From the NCBI GenBank assembly GCA_002497285.1, contig DANJ01000014.1, forward strand, positions 34,089 through 98,088: a stretch of 64,000 nt of DNA. Direction: 5' to 3'. The stretch comes from Candidatus Pacearchaeota archaeon UBA92. GTDB taxonomy: Archaea > Nanobdellota > Nanobdellia > Pacearchaeales > GW2011-AR1. The notes beneath the pieces are model-generated. The model did not search any database. It saw nothing but the letters and a program-made list of their open reading frames with translations, and was not told the origin of the DNA. The translations under genes and the position numbers were made by a program. This document shows positions 56,001 through 61,969 of this stretch, piece after piece (the first letter of the stretch is position 1; every line of letters begins with the position of its first letter).

Positions 56001-58803
56001 CTACAAAGCTCGGACTTGAAGCCATTGTTACCTCTCCACCTTCTGTCCACCACTGAACATTATTATCTACAGGGTCTATTATATGGTCAAACTCGACGCT
56101 TCCTCCAATAATTTTCAAGTCAAATGTATCCTGTTCGCCTTGTAATCCTGATAAAAATACTTTATTATACTCATTGTCATTTAGATTATCAAATTCTGCA
56201 ATTATTTCATTTCCATTAAATTCGTATACTTCAATTCTTGGTGTCCCATTGACTGCCCTTGGATAAACAGTTATATCGTTTTCACTTGTCAGATTTTTTT
56301 CAAAAGTAACTCGAACATAATGTGTATCTGGAATTATTTCAGTCCAGTTCCCATCCAATTCCCTCGCCTGCTCATATATATCCGAAATGAACGTTCTATT
56401 TTCATCCAAATGCTCCGCATTTGTAATTACAATAATATCAAATGTTTGATTAGACAAACGAGGAGCTATCCATTCAACGTAATCCATTATGCCGTTGCTA
56501 TTATTATCACTGGCGCCTAAAACAGAAAGATAGGTCATATTTTCAACCCAATAAATTCTTATTTTGGATGCATCTGCAATTCCAAGGCTTTCATTCAATT
56601 CTGTAAATGCAAGAACATTTTCATAATGCACATCGGCCGGTGAGAATATTCTTACCCTCTTGCCATTCACAAGTTCCTCTTCTTCAGAATAAGGCGCATC
56701 AGTATAATACTCTATTTCAACGGCATCTTCAGTTGCATTTAATTCTACAAGAACCTCCTGCGTTGCATTTTCCTCCTCGGAAACAACGAGTCCTGTAAAT
56801 CTCAAAAGCCCCCTAAAAAATTTAGAGAAAGCAGATTTCCTTTCAATATTCAATTCAGCAGTGACTTTTCCAGAAATAACATTTCCGGACAAGCCGACAC
56901 TTATTTCCTTTGGCTCCTCTGCATTTTCAACTGCATTTTCATCGCTTGCACCCGCATTTTCGACATTTGTATTTTCATTCTCGGCAATTGTATTTTCACT
57001 TTCAGGAACATTAGTTTGAGTTATATTTTCATCTGCAGGAGCAATTGTATTTTCCTCTTCTGCAATTGTATTTTCACCTTCTGAAGCATTTCCATTTTCA
57101 GCATTTGCATTTCCACTTTCGGAAGCATCTGCATTTTTACCTTCGGCAATTGTATTTTCATTTTCAGGAATATTTTCGTCCTCATCTAATTTTACAACCG
57201 AAATATTTCCCGCACTTAAAGGCAGTTCAACAACAACATTGGCAGGCCCTGCAATTTCAACTTTCTTATTCCACTTGACAGGTTTGCCCAAAACTGCAGA
57301 ATATTGGGTAATATTAACACTTACATTTTCAACCAAGCTAACATTTGCAAGCGTGTTATTTGCAAGAGTGATATTTTTATCTAGAAGAGTAACATTAGTT
57401 TCATTAAAATCAGGCAATGTAACATTTTCTTCGGGCAAAACAACTTCTTCATCAACGGCCTCAACAGAAATGTCTTTTTCGACATCAACTATGATTTCAT
57501 CGCCATAAACAAGTCTAACACTGAAGATAGAATTATTTTTAGCGACAAAGGCAAAAGATGACAAATCCACTTCAAGCTTCAAATTGCCACTGCTCAAATA
57601 TTCTTCGCCAAACCCTTCTTCGCTTACAGAATATTTAGTAGAAACTTCAAGATTATTTTTCTGAACCTTCAAGTCTATCTCGCCGTCGCCAATCTCTTCT
57701 CCATCAACATTAACACTCCCTGAAACTATTCTCGCACCCTCGCCTTCATTAATTTCATACTCAAAGCTATTGTCTTTGCTTACTTTTCCTGAAATGATAT
57801 TTCCTTCAGATATAACTCCTCCTGTAATTCCTGAATCTCCGCCTGAATCTCCGCCTGAATCGCCACTACTCGAATCACCTCCGGAACTTCCGCCATCCCC
57901 GCCAGAATCGCCGCTTGAACTGCCCGAATCGCCTCCACTTGAACTTTCACTGCCAGAGCTTCCATCGCTTCCTGATTCTGTTCCTGCACTTCCGCCCTCC
58001 CCCGAACTTCCATCCACTCCAGAATTCCCAGCATTTCCAGAGTCGCCAGTTCCTTCAGTCAAACCTCCATCATTAGAATTTGTAGAATCAACAGGCGCAT
58101 TTGTAGAATCGGAAGGTATATCTTCGGGAGGAAGAGCACCATCGGCAACAGAACCATCTCCAGATGTATCAACCCCAGTTTCTCCAGAAGCATCGGAACC
58201 AGAAGCATCGGAGCCAGAAGCATCAGTAGCACTATCTCCACTCTCTTCAGAAGTTGCATTGTCACCATTTGAGCCATCATTGCCCCCTTCAACTGCACCC
58301 TTGTCACTATTAAAAATTTCCAGCTGGAATTCAACATCAGGATAAACTTCTTTCTCTCCAATCAGCCCATATCCTTCTCCTGCCCCAGAAATACTTCTGC
58401 CTTCAGCATAAAAATCACCATCAGTCGTTTCAGAATTTACAAGCTCGGAAAGCAAAAACTCTTTCTCCTCTCCGTTATAACTGACAATTACTTTTGAATC
58501 TGCAGGAATCAATTCTCCAGATTTTAAATTTAGATTTAAATTTCCCGCAATTTCCTCGCCAATTTGATAATTTGATTTTATATCTAATGAAACTCTTCCG
58601 GTAAATCCTGAAAAAAAGAAAAATAAAAGTAAGAGAACTGCAAACAATCCAAAAAGAAAAATCGGTAAAATTAATCTTCTATTACTTCGAGGCGGTTCAC
58701 TGCCTAAATAAGTTGTAACGACCTCTCCATTGACTCTTTTAGTTTCATAATAATATGGACCAAACCTCTTTCCATCTTTGTAAGTATACTTCTTATGAAC
58801 CAT
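50083..58803 (-). CDS. giant (2906 aa) N-terminally anchored surface adhesin-like protein with Ser/Gly/Asp low-complexity stalk, beta-helix-like repeats and two LamG/ConA-like lectin modules
   Basis: N-terminal cytoplasmic segment plus TM (RRLILPIFLFGLFAVLLLLFFFF). SGD-rich stalk. LamG_3-like endings MDEVFMFSRELNQSEILALYDSG and IDEIAIWNKTLTASEIADTY. Very many N-x-S/T sequons. Intact single ORF of 8.7 kb. Confidence 0.7.
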   Translation of the reverse strand: MVHKKYTYKDGKRFGPYYYETKRVNGEVVTTYLGSEPPRSNRRLILPIFLFGLFAVLLLLFFFFSGFTGRVSLDIKSNYQIGEEIAGNLNLNLKSGELIPADSKVIVSYNGEEKEFLLSELVNSETTDGDFYAEGRSISGAGEGYGLIGEKEVYPDVEFQLEIFNSDKGAVEGGNDGSNGDNATSEESGDSATDASGSDASGSDASGETGVDTSGDGSVADGALPPEDIPSDSTNAPVDSTNSNDGGLTEGTGDSGNAGNSGVDGSSGEGGSAGTESGSDGSSGSESSSGGDSGSSSGDSGGDGGSSGGDSSSGDSGGDSGGDSGITGGVISEGNIISGKVSKDNSFEYEINEGEGARIVSGSVNVDGEEIGDGEIDLKVQKNNLEVSTKYSVSEEGFGEEYLSSGNLKLEVDLSSFAFVAKNNSIFSVRLVYGDEIIVDVEKDISVEAVDEEVVLPEENVTLPDFNETNVTLLDKNITLANNTLANVSLVENVSVNITQYSAVLGKPVKWNKKVEIAGPANVVVELPLSAGNISVVKLDEDENIPENENTIAEGKNADASESGNANAENGNASEGENTIAEEENTIAPADENITQTNVPESENTIAENENTNVENAGASDENAVENAEEPKEISVGLSGNVISGKVTAELNIERKSAFSKFFRGLLRFTGLVVSEEENATQEVLVELNATEDAVEIEYYTDAPYSEEEELVNGKRVRIFSPADVHYENVLAFTELNESLGIADASKIRIYWVENMTYLSVLGASDNNSNGIMDYVEWIAPRLSNQTFDIIVITNAEHLDENRTFISDIYEQARELDGNWTEIIPDTHYVRVTFEKNLTSENDITVYPRAVNGTPRIEVYEFNGNEIIAEFDNLNDNEYNKVFLSGLQGEQDTFDLKIIGGSVEFDHIIDPVDNNVQWWTEGGEVTMASSPSFVDISQAVQLNKSFILLSRRATTSGDDPDNTGIYATWVNTTRFALNNVGASSTTTVAWYVIEGNNISVQNGTVEYITTDTNFDITLDSVDLTKTVPFVNYGSCTTTNTANENEQYWAANFTSNTNLNLQRADSGACAGNISYFVVEFNDGSTVYHVEDLLGTNDFVPIGAVINTSNSWVYYSQTFTATANVLAEIGTTVEIWNSTTLRVAREGSGGAAYIGAYVISTPGAVVQNGSSYYLSSGDDVITISSVVQNRSFSLASNNLTGTGIIFANLFYTNALDSPTALSLHREAGNNDAYVAWQVITLPLTSPPESDTSAPGVIIRKPQGGAYYGLSDLPLLFNVTLSESGSAQYTLDEGINNLTMLNLSRGVLGVELNATNSSLGSGSFIFRVYANDTTGNKNYSQFVNFSFDDAKPGVSFISPTPANDTAITGNAIYVNLSTSDANRHYSFVDFNRSLVLWARMDDVNDSGDVVDLSSWGNNGTKQGDAVQVDAGFYGNGFYFDGATDYIDFGKANSLTLNGPFTWASWIYLNDTVNQGLMGKTGSLSNGVSLRVASNKLTLFDPGLQSLPGATTLSTGRWYHIAVTYNGSYAYLYLNGTIDGNGTYTVTSDSTNNLYVGRSGTQTFYMNGTMDEVFMFSRELNQSEILALYDSGINRYENNFTNLNSTIHPFTAYVVDKAGNKNQTNQRKIITRPEHLKISNTFTCDDLLSKALELGFGTNYTSTCQVGDSTLVSCISLDTNLNITNSGRLDVDSRCTVFFNSSYEGQYSLYLSGTLNLSVGSMNAVVIANNYNFSIIGDPYFFVDSKGSITEANFNTPINISDSLISFSNIKINNTFTLINSTDITSYSVGANSVLERKFRLNATVKSAGAVISGVNMTATNRTGTKVFSINTDAQGSVFYNLTQYTDTGAGKVIWNNYTVNYSKAGYQPATGASINMTTDKELNLPISVFHTIVVSTTESLYDIYTRINDNTVFTNSSTSVNPCWYISHANINITIGKLILESCTLEMSNSNFDGEFNLYVSDGGTLSANYSNITKNNDFRFLFQVGQGSNLSLKNSYVSYTGNTEAINMRRGLSINTSSLVFDNNTVSKAFDADIEILSENIILTNSRFFGADGAGGRSNYNIFCVFCNNVSILDSNLSGSFLSNIVISGNQSIYLVSSNYSTHTVNPGGRLYKQWFVNVKTNDTLSNFVSNVNVTFFNNTGSATDSELTNSTGDAGYRISEYIVNGTLAGGVVILQSNYSVNTSKIGYSDSGIPLNVTRNLNIVFTNLNNPSPNFILNSPNNASQFTYGSLNIILNATVNDTYNDVLKTRIFGINSSLQANLYKHGLIYQNTIPNNSFVIYNWTSPVIIPDEFSVLLLHLDNRSEYGENDTRYYDYSDHGGSGNLSGGALVNESGGKLGGGIILPGVSYTSYLSSPSGALLNVSNLTVMVWIYPNLDGYDGFIVSKDDETGGGNDGFWFMFNYTSNGTMFDTGADSPVNSSSNIISRNKWNHVAVTVNATTIKFYINGAVAGTNEGTYSIFSNTNPLLIGSTTKTAVGSGAPGGFNGTIDEIAIWNKTLTASEIADTYTLGVGKYNWRLNATDNGGNNNESQIRDFDVNSAQGNLAPDTPTPEINSTLGTNKTAQNLHCIDTIYDQDNEAMNVTVLWYNESKIHLTAEFNNSYANGSAFDAILYSGNTTKGQNWTCSLRLFDNQISQSNWANSTQTIKILNTPPIVPALSTPANGASTTDRTPVFAWGASSDDDSDVLYYDLNITCFHTSGGGCTNRGDDTRYVETIDTNSYDLGSEPIGGGDLVYLYDNSYRYNWSIRVYDAEEFSAWTESFALNVSALIQISLLNSTVDFGSIAQFGFNDTSDNSPRPFLLQNDGNSFVNITLGATGLWITQANPSNYYTFKADNNTLENSSFNWLLSKFIYTQIPDTGSSVLAIVELNYTNATDTAEIDINVTVPTEEFAGARNSTITFTASLGE
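56870..57190. repeat. in-frame short tandem repeats (ENTIAE-type) inside the giant gene
   Basis: gcaattgtattttc recurs four or more times (56984, 57041, 57062, 57139), encoding ENTIAE/NENTIA units. Confidence 0.5.
57820..58260. repeat. low-complexity codon repeats (SGD/SGS and GSDAS units) inside the giant gene
   Basis: cctgaatctccgcct x3 and agaagcatcgga(a/g)cc x3, encoding SGDSGG... and GSDASGSDASGSDAS. Confidence 0.5.
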
Positions 58804-58923
58804 TCCTCTTTTTATTGTAAGAGAACCTCTTTTTCTCCGAATATATACAGAAAAATAGATTTATAAGCATTTCTAAAGACAATAATAGTTTATTTGTAGA
58901 GTTCTCTTACACTATTTTATGCA

Positions 58924-60846
58924 TTAAAAGTAAATTCCGGTCTCGTTAAATTCAACATCTACTCCGCCACTGTTGTTGAAATATCCATCGCCACAATAAT
59001 CTAACTCTCCGCCATCAACCAGTCCATCATTATCATTATCCAATGTATCAGAACATTGCTCATATGTCGTAGGAATTGCCGGAACTCCCTCACTCAAATT
59101 CAGCCTTCCTATTTCATCATCACTTGCATTAAGGAAAACATAAGTATCGGTGCCTATAAGCCTTATCTTTGAATATCCCTTTGATTCATCCGTAAATCTC
59201 TTATATCCATCCCTTGCATACTGCCTTGCCCCTCCGTTGAAGTTAGTCATAGCTTCCAACCCAAAATTAACTTTAAAAGTAAGTTTTTTAGCAGGCACCC
59301 ATGAAGCCCAGGCGATAGAATCAAATCCCTCAAAGAATGAATGCGTCAAAGATGAAGGTATAAAATATTTCTGATAATCTGTAGTATAAAAATAAAATGG
59401 TCCTCCATATTCTGTAGATGAAAGCCCTTTACCCATGATTCCATTATCTTTCCATAAATCTCTTATCCATTGCGCAACATATCCATGATCTTGATAGTAA
59501 TTTGACCTAAAGTGTATATCAAGGTAATCATAATAAGATGAGGAGTTTATTATGAAGTCTTCTATTTTCTCAACCGAACTTTCATCAATATCTTTAGGTG
59601 TGTTGTTTATAATCCCATTTTCAAGAAACCCATCATAAGTTATGTTCTCAAGATTAAATCCTCTCTTTAAAGCAAAATTATCTACTCCTGTCAATCCATA
59701 AGTTATCATTGGAAGTCTTTCTTCTCCAGGATTCAGGCTCTCTTGAGCTTCCTGCATTGCAGAATAAGTTAAGTTCATCAACTTTATCATGCTTTCAAAC
59801 TTAACCTCCTGGATCGTGTTCCTAGGGTCGCAAGTCGGATTACCTGTAGTGTTAACAACAAACTGATGACTCCATTCATTCCCTAATTGTATCCCTGCAA
59901 GAACTGATTCCGACCCGTTATTTACAGGCTGCACATAATACTTGTCAACGACAAACTTAACATAATTTGTCCATTCGGCTTCATTCTTAGGATAAGAATC
60001 TCTTTCATCAATACTTCTCTCTCCAATTTGATAAGAACATGTACTTCGGTTAGGGTCATTTGCCTTTATTGTCAAAAGGATTTTAGTATTCTCGCTTTTA
60101 TAGAATAAAGTTGCATTATTAAATATATCTTCCTTGAAACTCCCATCCCCATTATAAACATTATGCCATGAGATTATTAGTCTATGAAACTCTGCCCCTA
60201 CTGCCGAAGTAGCTGGAAGATGTAAAGCACCGACACTATGAAACCCTATATAAGGCATAGGCTCTATATTTGAATTAATCAAACCATTTCTTATTCTCGT
60301 GCAATTATCCTCAAAATCGTCAAGATAAACTATTCCTTTATTTATCTCACATCCATCTCCTTCAGTTTCATTACCTTCCCCGAGCCCTGATAATTCTTCA
60401 GAGCATGAAACAGAAGCGCCGGTAAATCCACAGATATTATTTCCAAGAACTGAAGCGACATCAACACTCACAATCTCTCTCCCAGAGCGGTTAAAATCAA
60501 ATATATAATTCTTAGATCCAAATTCTCTCGGAACGCTATTATTCGACAAAATAAAAGTCTTGCCCTTAGAATCCTTAAACAAAAATTTCAGTTCACTAAT
60601 CTGCGAACTACCTATTCCCCTATTAACCTTTACAGAATAGATTGCCTCTCCCGAATCGCTACAACTCTTTACAGCTAAATCAAGTTTGGCGCAAACAATT
60701 AAATTATTTATCGAACCATTTTCATTCGAACCAAGTTTTTCAAGCAATAAAGGCTGAACAAAAAGCCAGATTATTGAAATAGAAATCAAAGAGATGAGAA
60801 TTATGAGAACAATCGCAATTATCTCACTCAACCCCCTCTTTAACAT
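58924..60846 (-). CDS. exported protein with class III (prepilin-type) signal peptide, pilin-like N-domain, TIM-barrel glycoside-hydrolase-like domain (GNEW motif) and C-terminal Ca-binding DxDxDG-like module
   Basis: MLKRGLSEIIAIVLIILISLISISIIWLF; C..LDL.V..C N-domain; AGIQLGNEWSHQF (clan GH-A-like acid/base NE); C-terminal CSDTLDNDNDGLVDGGELDYC. Confidence 0.65.
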   Translation of the reverse strand: MLKRGLSEIIAIVLIILISLISISIIWLFVQPLLLEKLGSNENGSINNLIVCAKLDLAVKSCSDSGEAIYSVKVNRGIGSSQISELKFLFKDSKGKTFILSNNSVPREFGSKNYIFDFNRSGREIVSVDVASVLGNNICGFTGASVSCSEELSGLGEGNETEGDGCEINKGIVYLDDFEDNCTRIRNGLINSNIEPMPYIGFHSVGALHLPATSAVGAEFHRLIISWHNVYNGDGSFKEDIFNNATLFYKSENTKILLTIKANDPNRSTCSYQIGERSIDERDSYPKNEAEWTNYVKFVVDKYYVQPVNNGSESVLAGIQLGNEWSHQFVVNTTGNPTCDPRNTIQEVKFESMIKLMNLTYSAMQEAQESLNPGEERLPMITYGLTGVDNFALKRGFNLENITYDGFLENGIINNTPKDIDESSVEKIEDFIINSSSYYDYLDIHFRSNYYQDHGYVAQWIRDLWKDNGIMGKGLSSTEYGGPFYFYTTDYQKYFIPSSLTHSFFEGFDSIAWASWVPAKKLTFKVNFGLEAMTNFNGGARQYARDGYKRFTDESKGYSKIRLIGTDTYVFLNASDDEIGRLNLSEGVPAIPTTYEQCSDTLDNDNDGLVDGGELDYCGDGYFNNSGGVDVEFNETGIYF

Positions 60847-60887
60847 GCCTGATTAAGCTAAAATGATTATATAAATCTTAATAACAT

Positions 60888-61268
60888 TTAAAAAAATCTT
60901 CCTCTTTTCATATTCGCAAATTTCCTATGCATAATCTCAACATTCCTGTCGCAGACAAAATCGTGCTGCCTGAAACCCCCGCCGAAAGTTTTAGGAATAT
61001 GCATAAGCTCATGTATAATCACCTTGTCCTGTTCATCTTTATTCATCCGTTCAAATCTCTCCAAAAATTCTATTGCATAATGCGCCTTAACTCCTATTGC
61101 CTTCTGCATTAGCTTTCCTATTGTATGACAACGCGCGATAATCCTCTTAGTTGAACTTCCAGAACTCCTAAAACATTTCACCCTCTCAATGGCTATATGC
61201 TCCATCTCAAGGAATTTCGCAATTTCTTCCATCCTATTTTGTAAGTCTTCAGCGTATTCGTATTTCAT
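60888..61268 (-). CDS. DUF45/YgjP-like HExxH metal-dependent hydrolase (SprT-like fold)
   Basis: VKCFRSSGSSTKRIIARCH (like RxWGSCS..G.IRLN) followed by IIHELMHIPKTFGGGFRQH (HExxH...H). Confidence 0.5.
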   Translation of the reverse strand: MKYEYAEDLQNRMEEIAKFLEMEHIAIERVKCFRSSGSSTKRIIARCHTIGKLMQKAIGVKAHYAIEFLERFERMNKDEQDKVIIHELMHIPKTFGGGFRQHDFVCDRNVEIMHRKFANMKRGRFF

Positions 61269-61753
61269 CTAAATTTTTCAAACCACCCTTTCATATCTTT
61301 CAATACATCATCAGAATTTGTATCAATCTTCTCCAACAGCTGTTTTTCATTAAACCAGCCAACTTGGGCAACCTCATCTTTATTAATTTTAAGTTTGTCT
61401 AAATCAATATCTTTTTTTAGGATAAACCATTGAGTAAAATGTTTATATTGTCCTAAAACCAATTCCTTGAATCCCTTTTTGGGATTAATATTCTTCAATC
61501 CAAGCTCTTCTTCAGCTTCCTTAACAATATTTGATTCATAGGTCTCTCCCTCTTCAATAGTCCCTGCAACTGCAGGACCCCATTTTCCAGGATTTTGTTT
61601 TTTACTCAAAGCTCTGCGAGCCAGCAATATTTCTTTTTTATTATTCAAAACCCATAAAGCAGAAACTCGGTAAATGTCCTTGGAATAATCTAACGCCTCC
61701 CTTTCTTTTGAGTCAATAACATTATCCTTATCATCAACAATAATTATTTTCAT
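61265..61753 (-). CDS. NUDIX hydrolase
   Basis: Nudix box GKWGPAVAGTIEEGETYESNIVKEAEEELGL (GX5EX7REUXEEXGU pattern). Confidence 0.75.
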   Translation of the reverse strand: MKIIIVDDKDNVIDSKEREALDYSKDIYRVSALWVLNNKKEILLARRALSKKQNPGKWGPAVAGTIEEGETYESNIVKEAEEELGLKNINPKKGFKELVLGQYKHFTQWFILKKDIDLDKLKINKDEVAQVGWFNEKQLLEKIDTNSDDVLKDMKGWFEKFR

Positions 61754-61968
61754 TCTTTCACCTCTATAATTTTATCTCTGCTTTTGGGATTTTTAATCTT
61801 TATGGCTCTAAAATTCACGCCCAATTTCTTAGCCAACAGGTTAATCAGCCTTTTATTTGCCTTCCCGTCTTCAGCCCTTTCCTTCAGGCTAATAAGATAT
61901 TTATCCTCTGCAATTTTCTCAATGCTCTCTTCCTTCATCCCCGGTTTAACTTTGACATAAATTATCAT
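61750..61968 (-). CDS. DUF167/UPF0235 (YggU-like) small protein
   Basis: VKVKPGMKEE..I.L.ERAEDGKANKRLINLLAKKLGV....IKIKNPKSRDKII matches the DUF167 pattern (V.VKP.AK.......I.....P.DGKAN..LI.FLA..L.V......I..G..SR.K.I). Confidence 0.65.
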   Translation of the reverse strand: MIIYVKVKPGMKEESIEKIAEDKYLISLKERAEDGKANKRLINLLAKKLGVNFRAIKIKNPKSRDKIIEVKE

Positions 61969-61969
61969 T

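Noticed and set aside
50083-58803. Numerous 60-190-aa ORFs on the plus strand inside the giant gene (for example 57770..58345, a Pro/Glu/Ser-rich 191 aa)
   Set aside because: They mirror the low-complexity repeats of the giant gene (SGDSGG antisense reads PESPPE). An uninterrupted 8.7-kb ORF on the opposite strand is far more parsimonious.
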